Shown: positions 9,742 to 18,080, numbered from the stretch's first letter. The stretch: DNA of 30,877 nt from Candidatus Methylomirabilota bacterium (GCA_046726415.1 JBKPAK010000118.1:1-30877); one strand, 5' to 3'. Translations and numbers: made by a program. Notes: a model not told the origin generated them from the sequence alone.

Positions 9742-10971
9742 ATGATCATGCCGCTCGAGGACGTGAAAGTGCTGGATCTCTCCCACGCGCTCGCCGGTCC
9801 CTTCTGCTCCACGATGCTCGGCGACTTCGGCGCCGATGTGGTGAAGGTCGAGCCCCCCGACAGCGGGGACATCTCGCGCGCCTGGGGACCGCCGTTCTAC
9901 GGAACAGAGACGGCGTACTTCGTCGGTCTGCACCGCAACAAAAAGAGCATCGAGATCGACCTCAAGCACCCGGCGGGCCGGGAGCTGTACTTCCGACTGA
10001 TGGAGAAGGCCGACGTCGTCCTGGAAAACTACCGCGTGGGAACGCTGGAGAAACTCGGCATCGCTTACGAAGCGGCGCGCCGGCGACACCCCGGCATCAT
10101 CTACTGCTCGGTCTCCGGCTTCGGACAGAGCGGGCCGTACCGCGATCGCGCCGCGCTCGACCTCATCGTGCAGGCGGAGAGCGGCATGATCAGCGTCACC
10201 GGCGAACCGGGTGGGCGGGGCGTGCGCTGCGGGGTGTCCGTCGCCGACATGGTGGCCGGCATGTACGCTGCCTTCGGTATCTTGAACGCCCTTCGCGTGA
10301 AGGAGAAGACCGGGCGCGGCCAGTACGTCGACGTGGCCATGCTCGACGGTCAACTCGGCATCCTGTCGGGGATGATCGGCGCCTACCTGGCCGACGGCCA
10401 GGTGCCCGCGCCCATGGGGACGGCGTACAAGGCGCTGCTTCCGTACCAGACGTTCCGCACCAAGACACGGGATGTCGCCCTCGCCGTGGGCAGCGACAAG
10501 CTGTGGAAAACGTTTTGCCCGCTGATGGGTCTCGACGACTGGGTGGACGACCCGCGCCTCGCCACTAACCGCGCGCGCAATGCCAATCGCACCGCGCTCG
10601 TCGGTCGACTTCAGGAGATCTTCCTCACCAAGACCTACGAGGAGTGGGAGGCGATCCTCATGCCTCATGGCATCCCGATCGGCGCCATCAACACCATCGA
10701 CGCGGTGGTGAAGCATCCACAGGCGGCCGCGCGCGGGATGATCGTGGAAACGGACCACCCCACCGCGGGCACGATCAAGATGGTGGGCGTGCCCGTGAAG
10801 CTCTCCGAGACGCCGGGGGCCGTGCGCGACCCCGCCCCGCTTCTCGGTCAGCACACCGATGACGTTCTGCGCTCCTGGCTCGGACTCGGTAACGCCGACA
10901 TCGCGGATCTTCGCCGCGCCGGCAGTATCGGCCCCCAGAGAAACGGCGGAGGTACCGCCCTCGATCGCTGA
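9742..10971 (+). CDS. Family III CoA-transferase (CaiB/BaiF)
   Basis: 'VKVLDLSHALAGPFCSTMLGDFGADVVKVE', 'RNKKSIEIDLK', catalytic Asp region 'SVADMVAGMYAA', 'APLLGQHTDDVL'. Confidence 0.95.
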   Translation: MIMPLEDVKVLDLSHALAGPFCSTMLGDFGADVVKVEPPDSGDISRAWGPPFYGTETAYFVGLHRNKKSIEIDLKHPAGRELYFRLMEKADVVLENYRVGTLEKLGIAYEAARRRHPGIIYCSVSGFGQSGPYRDRAALDLIVQAESGMISVTGEPGGRGVRCGVSVADMVAGMYAAFGILNALRVKEKTGRGQYVDVAMLDGQLGILSGMIGAYLADGQVPAPMGTAYKALLPYQTFRTKTRDVALAVGSDKLWKTFCPLMGLDDWVDDPRLATNRARNANRTALVGRLQEIFLTKTYEEWEAILMPHGIPIGAINTIDAVVKHPQAAARGMIVETDHPTAGTIKMVGVPVKLSETPGAVRDPAPLLGQHTDDVLRSWLGLGNADIADLRRAGSIGPQRNGGGTALDR

Positions 10972-10980
10972 CGTCCCCAT

Positions 10981-11835
10981 CTACCAGACGACGTCGGCGC
11001 GTTCGCCGAACTCGAACTGGAAGGTGATCTCCTCCAGCTCGGCGGCGCTGAGGGCGCCTCGCCTCGCCAGCACGCACTCGAAGGCGGCCAGCCAGGCGTC
11101 GTAGTAGCGGAACTCGCCGCCGCGCGCTTCGGCGGCGGCGACCTCGGCGATCAGCGCCTGGCGGAACTCCGCCCACGGAAACAGTCCTCGTTCGGAGAGC
11201 GCCACGGCCATGCCCAACACGCGCCCCTGCCAGGGGGCGTCGAAGACCAGCTCGCCGTTGCGCCGCGGGACGGCGACACTTCCACCGAGATCGGCGAGCA
11301 GGCGGTGCAGACGCGCCTCCGTCGCGTCTTCGGACACCGCGGTGACCACCGATCGGCAGGCCTGCGGCGCCGCTGCCGCGGAGAGACGCCGAGGACGGTG
11401 GTCATCCACCGGCTGACCGTCCGGGCGCGGCTGCCAGGACGAGGCCGTGAACAGCAGTACGGCCAGGGCAGGCGCCAGGGGCCGGTGTGGATCGTCGGCG
11501 TCCAGCATCCCGTCGATATGGTCGTACAGCGCCAGCACCAGCGCCGGGGAGTCGACCGAGTGAAACCAGAAAGCCTGGCCGTCGAAGAGCAGCAGGACTA
11601 CGTTGGCCAGGGCACAGGGACCGAGGCAACCGCCGACCGTGAGGTGCACGACGTTGCGCAGCCGTCGACGCTCCCACTCGGTGTGGTACAGCGCCGTGGG
11701 CACCGGCGCGAACCCGTCCTCCGTACGCCCGCAGCAGCAACCGGTCGCGCACACGAAGAGCTGGCCACGCGGGCGGGCCACGTTGACGAGACGGCCGTCG
11801 GGCCGGACGACGATGTTGCGCCGACGTTCGCGCAT
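10981..11835 (-). CDS. Nitrile hydratase accessory protein (P14K/NhlE-like) fused to an N-terminal Cys-rich thioredoxin-like ferredoxin domain
   Basis: C-terminal part 'PRRNGELVFDAPWQGRVLGMAVALSERGLFPWAEFRQALI...YYDAWLAAFE' is the NHase-beta-like accessory signature. N-terminal part has 'LFVCATGCCCG...GGCLGPC'. It starts 4 nt after the nthA stop. Confidence 0.85.
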   Translation of the reverse strand: MRERRRNIVVRPDGRLVNVARPRGQLFVCATGCCCGRTEDGFAPVPTALYHTEWERRRLRNVVHLTVGGCLGPCALANVVLLLFDGQAFWFHSVDSPALVLALYDHIDGMLDADDPHRPLAPALAVLLFTASSWQPRPDGQPVDDHRPRRLSAAAAPQACRSVVTAVSEDATEARLHRLLADLGGSVAVPRRNGELVFDAPWQGRVLGMAVALSERGLFPWAEFRQALIAEVAAAEARGGEFRYYDAWLAAFECVLARRGALSAAELEEITFQFEFGERADVVW

Positions 11836-11839
11836 GCGG

Positions 11840-12445
11840 TCAATCGCCGCCGCCGGGAGCGGGCAGCCGCACCTGGGCGACGCCGATCAGCGCCTCACGC
11901 GTGATCTGGCGCGCCAGGTCGTCCTCGGGCAGTCGCTCGGCGCCGTCCGGGCGCAGGGGTAGCACCATGTAGCGAAGCTCGGCGGAGCTGTCCCACACGC
12001 GCACCTCGCGCTCCGGCGGGATGGCCAGGCCGAACTCCGCGAGCACCTTGCGGGGCTCGCGGACCGCGCGAGCGCGATAGGCCGGCATCTTGTACCAGGT
12101 CGGCGGCAATCCCATCACGTCCCACGGATAGCAAGAGCAGAGCGTGCAGACGACGATGTTGTGGACGGCCGGCATATTCTCCTTCACCACCAAACGGTCG
12201 TAGTTCAGGCCGAGGTCGACCAGCGCGGCTTTTGAGTCTTGGAGAAGGCGCCGCTTGTAGGTCGGATCGCGCCAGGCCCGTGCCACCGCCCGCGCTCCGA
12301 TCAGCGGTCCCGTGCTCGTCTCGTATCGGCGGATGACGCGGTCGACGGCGTCAGGCGGGAGAATCCCCTTCTCGAGAAGGATCGACTCCAGCGCGCGCAC
12401 GCGCGACACGACATAGTCGTCGACGTTCGGATGGTTCTTCCCCAT
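11840..12445 (-). CDS. nthA: Cobalt-type nitrile hydratase alpha subunit
   Basis: Metal-binding motif VCTLCSCY (Thr form, Co-type), 'GLPPTWYK..AYRARAVREPR', 'RVWDSSAELRYMVLP'. ATG 12445 follows a purine-rich SD. Confidence 0.96.
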   Translation of the reverse strand: MGKNHPNVDDYVVSRVRALESILLEKGILPPDAVDRVIRRYETSTGPLIGARAVARAWRDPTYKRRLLQDSKAALVDLGLNYDRLVVKENMPAVHNIVVCTLCSCYPWDVMGLPPTWYKMPAYRARAVREPRKVLAEFGLAIPPEREVRVWDSSAELRYMVLPLRPDGAERLPEDDLARQITREALIGVAQVRLPAPGGGD

Positions 12446-12462
12446 CGCCCTCTCCCCCTGCC

Positions 12463-13140
12463 TCAACCAGGCAGCAGATAGCTCTCCCAGAGGTCGAGGT
12501 AGACGTGCTGGTTTGGCTCGGCCACCTCGCCCCAGAGCTCCCGCGCGTCGAAACGCACGCTGTACACGGGCTTGGGCTGCTCGCCAAGGCCGTGAGCATG
12601 CGCGTCCGGGAACACGTGAACGCCCCGGTGAGCGGCGATCACGCCGCGCTTGCCGCGGGCGTAGCGGGGCAGCCGGGTATGCCCAGTGGGATGCATGGTG
12701 CGCGTCGCCACCGGCGCGCCCTCCGCGAAGCGGGGCGCACGAGTGGCATCCCGAAACGACGTTTCAGCTTCCGGGCGACCTCTGATGACTCCGGGAGTCG
12801 CCGGCTTCCTCGGCGCGGCGGTGAGGGGCGCTTGCGGCCGAGCCCGGAAGAAGGCTGTCCGCGCCTCCATCTCCTCGGCGGTGACCACGCCCTTTTCGAT
12901 GAGGAGCCGCACGATCCCGTCCAGCCAGTGCTCGAAGTAGCTCGAGCCGAGGTAGTGCGCCGGGTCCATGCGCTCGATGCTGTGGCGGAACTCGTCGATG
13001 CTGTAGAATCCGGCGGCTTGACCCGAGCGCATGATGGCCACCATGGCCGCCTCCCAGCGGGCATGGAACGGTGGCTCGTTCTCCTCTCGCTCCACCGGGC
13101 CAAAACCGTGCATCCCGCCGAGATCGTGGATTCCGTCCGT
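12463..13140 (-). CDS. nthB: Nitrile hydratase beta subunit (apparent ACG start codon)
   Basis: 'DGIHDLGGMHGFGPV', 'PFHARWE', 'DEFRHSIERM...SYFEHWL', 'GHTRLPRYARGKRG', 'YSVRFDARELWG', 'DLWESYL'. The position of the conserved Met1 reads ACG (13140-13138), 6 nt after GGGAG. Confidence 0.93.
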   Translation of the reverse strand, partial: TDGIHDLGGMHGFGPVEREENEPPFHARWEAAMVAIMRSGQAAGFYSIDEFRHSIERMDPAHYLGSSYFEHWLDGIVRLLIEKGVVTAEEMEARTAFFRARPQAPLTAAPRKPATPGVIRGRPEAETSFRDATRAPRFAEGAPVATRTMHPTGHTRLPRYARGKRGVIAAHRGVHVFPDAHAHGLGEQPKPVYSVRFDARELWGEVAEPNQHVYLDLWESYLLPG

Positions 13141-13146
13141 GGCGGA

Positions 13147-13166
13147 CTCCCAAGCGCGGCATCTTA
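13147..13166 (-). promoter_or_regulatory. Putative -10 (TAAGAT) and SD (GGGAG) for nthB
   Basis: Minus-strand TAAGAT at 13166-13161 and GGGAG at 13151-13147. No clear -35 box. Confidence 0.4.
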
Positions 13167-13236
13167 CCGCGGTCTTGACCTCGCTGGCCCGGGGGCTACC
13201 ACCCACGTCGGCCCTCCCAAGCGCCGCGCGGTATCG

Positions 13237-13318
13237 AGGGGCGCTCCGGCTCCGCGGGGGGTGCCCCGAGGCGCTGAGGGGCTTGGGGGCCCTTCGAGGC
13301 CCCCCATGTAATCAATCA
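13237..13318 (-). repeat. Structured REP-like intergenic element with two GC hairpins; possible terminator/attenuator between the amidase and nthB
   Basis: Minus strand reads TGATTGATT, then a GGGGGCC/GGCCCCC stem (13285-13304), then a second imperfect stem GGGGCGCTCC...GGGGTGCCCC (about 13238-13267). Confidence 0.5.
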
Positions 13319-14704
13319 AACGGCCGGGTGCCTCCGGTGCCAGTCGGTGGCTTGCTCGTATGCGTGGCCCGCGCGTAGCACTGTCGCCTCGTCGTAAGGC
13401 CGTCCCGCGATCTGGAGGGAGAGCGGCAAGCCCGTCTCGGTGAACCCGCACGGGACGGCGAGGGCCGGCAGGCCTGTCATGTTGAACGGCGCCATGTTGC
13501 TGCGCGCAAACGGGAAGTCGGGGTCAAGCACGGTCGCAAACGACGGGGCCGGGCCCGGAGTGGTGGGCGTCACCAGCAGGTCGATGTGGCGGAAGGCGGC
13601 GGCCATGTCCGTGCACATCTGAGCGCGCAGGCGCTGAGCCTGGACGTACTCAGCGCCGGTCAGCAAACCACCGGCAAGAAACTTCTCGCGCAACACGTCG
13701 CCGTAGAGCTCCGGCCGCTCCCGCAGGTCCCGCTCGTGATAGGCGAAGGCCTCGGCGAGGGTGATGACCAGGAAGGCCATCGCGGACCGGATGCTCGGGA
13801 TCTCGACCTCTTGGACCTCGGTCCCCAGCTCCCGCAAGACAGCGAGGGCGCGCTCGAAGGCCCGATCCATTTCGGGATGGATGCCCTCGAAGAAGTAGCC
13901 GCGCGGGACGCCCACCCGCAGACCGCGCATGCCGTCCTGCAGCGACGCGAGATAGTCGCTTATCGGCTCCCGGCTGGAGGCCGGATCGGCCGGATCGTAT
14001 CCCGCCAAGGCCTGGAGCAGGTACGCGCAGTCCTCTACCGTTCGCGCCATCGGGCCCGTATGGTCGAGCGTCCACGACAAGGTCACCACGCCGGCGCGGC
14101 TGCAGCGTCCGTACGTCGGCTTGATGCCGACGATGCCCGAGAACGCCGCCGGCCCACGGATGGAACCGCCCGTGTCAGAGCCGAGAGCCCCGACACACAG
14201 GCCGGCGGCCAGGGCCGCGCCCGATCCGCTGCTGGAGCCACCCGGCATGTGATCGAGATTCCAGGGGTTGCGGGCGGGCGGGAAGCGATGGGCGGGGAAC
14301 TGGATGCCGAGGGCGAACTCGTGGGTGATCAATTTGCCGAGCATCGCGCAACCGGCGTTCTGCAGCCGCGTCACGCACGTGGCGTCGGCGTCAGGAACCC
14401 AGTCGGCGAGGACCGCAGAACCCGCGGTGGTCAGGATGCCGTTCGTCGCGTAGAGATCCTTGTACGCGACCGGGATACCCACGAGGGGGCCAGTCCGATC
14501 GCCGCGTCGGAACGCCGACTCCGCGGCCTGGGCCTCCATCCTGGCCCGATCTCCGGTCAAGGTCACGAACGCTCGCAACATTGGGTCGAGCTTTTCGATC
14601 CGCGCCAGGAGGGCCTCGAGGAGTTCTACGGGCGAAAGCGTGCGCCGGCGGAACGCCTCGCCAAGTTCCCGGATGGTGGCGTAGTGAAGCTCAGCGATCG
14701 CCAT
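13316..14704 (-). CDS. Amidase signature family enzyme
   Basis: Lys-cisSer-Ser triad motifs 'AYKDLY', 'PGGSSSGS' and 'GSDTGGSIRGP'; also 'NPWNLDH'. ATG 14704 follows GGAG. Confidence 0.95.
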   Translation of the reverse strand: MAIAELHYATIRELGEAFRRRTLSPVELLEALLARIEKLDPMLRAFVTLTGDRARMEAQAAESAFRRGDRTGPLVGIPVAYKDLYATNGILTTAGSAVLADWVPDADATCVTRLQNAGCAMLGKLITHEFALGIQFPAHRFPPARNPWNLDHMPGGSSSGSGAALAAGLCVGALGSDTGGSIRGPAAFSGIVGIKPTYGRCSRAGVVTLSWTLDHTGPMARTVEDCAYLLQALAGYDPADPASSREPISDYLASLQDGMRGLRVGVPRGYFFEGIHPEMDRAFERALAVLRELGTEVQEVEIPSIRSAMAFLVITLAEAFAYHERDLRERPELYGDVLREKFLAGGLLTGAEYVQAQRLRAQMCTDMAAAFRHIDLLVTPTTPGPAPSFATVLDPDFPFARSNMAPFNMTGLPALAVPCGFTETGLPLSLQIAGRPYDEATVLRAGHAYEQATDWHRRHPAV

Positions 14705-14900
14705 AGCCTGCTCCGGCGTCGAACGCCACCGCCGGCTCAATCGTCCTGAGCGCGCGGCTATCAGTGGCGAGGACCGGCGCTAGCGCCGTGTTGAGGAGCG
14801 CGCGCACCATCTCGAGGCGCGCCTCGGCGATGTGGAGTCCCGCGGCCCGCATCCGGTCTCGGATCTCGTCTTCGGTCAGCGTCCGGCTCAGTTCGCTCAT
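14691..14900 (-). CDS. Small (69 aa) GatC/AtzG-like amidase partner protein
   Basis: 'MSELSRTLTEDEIRDRMRAAGLHIAEARLEMVRALLN...TIEPAVAFDA' shows the helix-GL-helix pattern ending in EPxxxF. It overlaps the amidase start by 14 nt. Confidence 0.7.
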   Translation of the reverse strand: MSELSRTLTEDEIRDRMRAAGLHIAEARLEMVRALLNTALAPVLATDSRALRTIEPAVAFDAGAGYGDR

Positions 14901-15068
14901 GGCGACCACCATACACCAGGCGGCTGCTCCTTGACGCCGCCGACGACCTGGCACCGCAGCGCGTCGCCTTGGGCTTGACGTTCGACCAGTAGGTCGGAGG
15001 CTCGGGACCGGGCGGCCCTTGCTCGGCCCAGGCCGCGCCCGTACGCTGAAGGTGATTGGTCAAGGGTC

Positions 15069-15725
15069 ATGGGTCGGCTCTGGTATCGCTGGCCGCTTGC
15101 CCGTTATGACCGCGCGTACCGCTGGGCGCACGGGCTGGACCAGTGCGCCGCCCGGATCGGGCCCATCATTCGCCTCGAGCAGCAGCGTCAACGCGGGGAA
15201 GCCATCCTCTCCGATGGCACCGCGGTGCGCCGGGGTGACCTGATCGGCGTCATCCACCTCGACAACGCCGCGGTGGCGGCCCTGCACGCGGGCGGCCGGA
15301 ACCCCCAGGCTATCGGACTGGAATTCCGGCGCCAGTTGGTCACCTCGCTGCGCGAATTGGCAGTCCTGGCCAGTCACGGCGGACGGCTCTCGCATCTGAA
15401 CGCGTTTGCGGCCACCACAATCTTCCTCGGGCTCCGGCGGCTCGGCTTCGAGCGGACGCGGGGGCCGATCTTCCCGCGGCTCGTGGGCGCGTACCAGCGC
15501 GCTCTGCTCTCCTGGCTGCACCCGGCGGGGCGCTCTCGTTCAGACCTCGGGGGACATCCGAGCGCCCAACGGTTGGCGATCTCGAGGCAGGAGCTGATCC
15601 TGCGGTACGCCCAACCCGACATCGCGATCCGCGCGGGGGCAGTGCGCCGAGCGGATGTCCGCCGAGCGGCGGCCAGTCGGCGCGCTCTCAGCGGCTCTCC
15701 TCGGCGCGCTTCCGAACCGTCTTAA
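15069..15725 (+). CDS. YkoP-like protein
   Basis: 'IIRLEQQRQRGEAILSDGTAVRRGDLIGVIHLDN' resembles the YkoP-family 'LSDGT.I..GD.....H..N' pattern; also 'LRRLGFE'. The low-complexity tail may be read-through. Confidence 0.65.
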   Translation: MGRLWYRWPLARYDRAYRWAHGLDQCAARIGPIIRLEQQRQRGEAILSDGTAVRRGDLIGVIHLDNAAVAALHAGGRNPQAIGLEFRRQLVTSLRELAVLASHGGRLSHLNAFAATTIFLGLRRLGFERTRGPIFPRLVGAYQRALLSWLHPAGRSRSDLGGHPSAQRLAISRQELILRYAQPDIAIRAGAVRRADVRRAAASRRALSGSPRRASEPS

Positions 15726-15789
15726 TCGTCTCCACGGGTCCGTCGCGCGCCGGGTCCTATCGCGTTCGCCCCGCTCCCGGGATTCCGCG

Positions 15790-16800
15790 TCACGACAAGG
15801 ACAGCAGAGCCTGCACCAGAGGCAGCTTGGCGGCGAGCAGCGTCCACCTCGCGGCCGGGCTCACCTTCCATACCTCGCCGGTCTCGGTGCCGACCAGCAC
15901 GCCGCTGGGAACCTCGGGATCGGGCACCACCGCGTGGAAGTTGACGTGGGACGGCGAGTGCACGGCATCGCCGAGTGAGCGCCACGCCTCGTGCACGTCA
16001 TCGCGCTGGTAGACGACGGCCTGCGCGCCGCCTTCGTCGCGCAGGCTCGAAAAGGCCGTCGGCGCCGACGCCACCGTCAGCGCATGCGGCGGTCGAGGAT
16101 CGATGCAGAGCGGGCGCGTGTACGGCGGCCGCATTCCCTGCCACGCGAACTCCCACGTGGCGCCACCGTCATCGGAACGGAAGACACCGGCAATGCGCTG
16201 CTCCATCGGCTCCAGGGTCCCGACGGGGCGACCGAAGCCGGTGGACGCGAATACCAGATTCGACCGCTTCGGGTGCCGGACGATCACGTGGATATCGGGG
16301 TTCCCGCCTGGCTGGGCGAAACGCCAGGTGGTTCCGGCGTCGTGGGTCTCGTAGACACCCCCCACCTCGACGCCGATGAGCCAGTGCGCGGGATCGGTGG
16401 GATCCACGGTGAGCGTCCGGGCGCGTCCGGCGATGGTCGTCCGGGGGAGGCACCACTCGCGGGCGCCGGGCGCCTCGCGAAAGGACGGGACCTCCGCCCA
16501 TGACCGACCGCCATCCGTGCTGCGGAAGAGAGCGGCGGGTTCGGTGACGGCGTAGAGCGTGTGCGGATCGTCGGGAGCGGCGGCGAGATCCCACACGAAC
16601 GAGCGGGCCATACCGCTCGGCGTCCAGGAGAATCCTTTGTCGATCGATCGCAGGAGACCGTCGTCGGTACCCGCCACCAGGTCGCCGTTCACCCGCGAGA
16701 GATGGCGGACGCTGCGCTGCTCGGCGCCGGCCGCTGGCTTGGCATGGCCGTGGACGTCAACGACGAACATCCCCTGAGCCGTCCCGATCAGAAGGTCCAT
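15790..16800 (-). CDS. BNR/Asp-box repeat beta-propeller protein (sialidase/VPS10-like fold), no signal peptide
   Basis: Four Asp-boxes: RSIDKGFSW, RSTDGGRSW, ETHDAGTTW, RSDDGGATW. Start at ATG 16800 (MDLLIGT) after GGAGGG. Confidence 0.85.
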   Translation of the reverse strand: MDLLIGTAQGMFVVDVHGHAKPAAGAEQRSVRHLSRVNGDLVAGTDDGLLRSIDKGFSWTPSGMARSFVWDLAAAPDDPHTLYAVTEPAALFRSTDGGRSWAEVPSFREAPGAREWCLPRTTIAGRARTLTVDPTDPAHWLIGVEVGGVYETHDAGTTWRFAQPGGNPDIHVIVRHPKRSNLVFASTGFGRPVGTLEPMEQRIAGVFRSDDGGATWEFAWQGMRPPYTRPLCIDPRPPHALTVASAPTAFSSLRDEGGAQAVVYQRDDVHEAWRSLGDAVHSPSHVNFHAVVPDPEVPSGVLVGTETGEVWKVSPAARWTLLAAKLPLVQALLSLS

Positions 16801-16855
16801 GACGCCCTCCGTGGACGAGCCCTCACCGAGGCGAGCCCGCCCCGCGCGATGTCGG

Positions 16856-18055
16856 TTAGTTGCTGCGCTCGGAGCCCACGATGCTGACGAACGACACACA
16901 CTCGCCCGGAGCGCCGCCGAGGTTGTGGGTCAGGGCCAGGGTGCGACCGCGCGCGACACTGGCGATCTGACGCTTGCCGGCCTCTCCGCGAAGCTGCAGC
17001 CAGCACTCGAACAGCATGCGGAGGCCGGAGGCGCCGATGGGATGACCGAACGACTTGAGCCCGCCATCTGGATTCACGGCCAGCTCGCCGTCGAGGTCGA
17101 ACGCTCCACCCAGAACCTCCTTCCAGGCGGTACCGCGAGATGCGAAGCCGAGGTCCTCCATCAGCACGAGCTCGGTGGGCGTGAAGCAGTCGTGGACCTC
17201 GGCCATGGCCAGCTCCGCGCGCGCATCCTTGATACCCGCCTGCGCGTAGGCATCGGCGGCCGACGCCACCACCTCCGGGAAGGTCGTGTAGTCGTAGTCG
17301 GGATCGATCGGCCCCGCCGCCGGCCCGGCCACAAAGGAAAGCGCTTTCACGAAGAGTGGTCGGTCGGTGTAATGATGGGCGTCCTCCGCGCGCACGAGGA
17401 TGGCGGCGGCCGAGCCATCGCTCACTCCGGAGCAGTCGAAGATCCCGAGAGAACCGGCCACCAGCGGGGAGCACGCGATGGTGTCCTTGGGCACCTCCTT
17501 CCGGAACTGGGCGCGTGGGTTGAGGGCGCCGTTCCGGTGGTTCTTCCAGGCGATGCGCGTCATGACCTCCTTCAGCTGCGCCTCCTCGAGGCCGTATTTC
17601 TTGGCGTACGCCGGGGCGAGCAGGCTGAAGGTGGCGGGAGCAGTGAGACTGGCCCGGGTGCCGTCGCCGGGGATGGCCACGCCGGGCAGCCCGGAGAATC
17701 CGGAGTCTTTCAGCTTTTCCACGCCGATGGCCATGGCGATGTCGTAGGCTCCCGAGGCCACCGCGTAGCACGCGTTGCGGAACGCCTCGGAGCCGGTGGC
17801 GCAGTAGTTTTCGAGGCGGCTCACCGGCTTGTAGTCGATCTTGAGCGGGCGACTCAAGGTGAGCCCACTCTGGCCCGAGTAGAGCGTGCCGAGCCAGAAC
17901 GCGTCGACCGCGTCCAGCCCGATCCGCGCGGAGGCCAGCGCATCCTTGGCGGCATCGACGAGCAGATCACTCGCGCCCTTGTCCCAATGCTCGCCGAAGG
18001 GCGTGCACCCCATGCCGACGATCGCTACGCGGTCACGAATACCGTTGCTTGCCAT
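16856..18055 (-). CDS. Thiolase-family protein (SCP2/archaeal-type acetyl-CoA acetyltransferase)
   Basis: 'VAIVGMGCTPFG', nucleophile 'ENYCATGSEAFRNA', 'EVHDCFT', 'GGLKSFGHPIGASG', 'HNLGG'. SD GGAGG. Confidence 0.93.
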   Translation of the reverse strand: MASNGIRDRVAIVGMGCTPFGEHWDKGASDLLVDAAKDALASARIGLDAVDAFWLGTLYSGQSGLTLSRPLKIDYKPVSRLENYCATGSEAFRNACYAVASGAYDIAMAIGVEKLKDSGFSGLPGVAIPGDGTRASLTAPATFSLLAPAYAKKYGLEEAQLKEVMTRIAWKNHRNGALNPRAQFRKEVPKDTIACSPLVAGSLGIFDCSGVSDGSAAAILVRAEDAHHYTDRPLFVKALSFVAGPAAGPIDPDYDYTTFPEVVASAADAYAQAGIKDARAELAMAEVHDCFTPTELVLMEDLGFASRGTAWKEVLGGAFDLDGELAVNPDGGLKSFGHPIGASGLRMLFECWLQLRGEAGKRQIASVARGRTLALTHNLGGAPGECVSFVSIVGSERSN

Positions 18056-18080
18056 GGCGCCTTCCTCCGTGATTCATTCA

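Noticed and set aside
11840-13140. Thiocyanate hydrolase, Fe-type NHase or NHLP RiPP precursor
   Set aside because: Full-length single beta subunit, intact CTLCSCY (not CSLCSC), and no RiPP-modifying enzymes nearby.
13316-14900. Calling the small gene plus amidase gatC-gatA
   Set aside because: No gatB is adjacent, GatA-specific segments were not recognised, and the context is nitrile hydratase.
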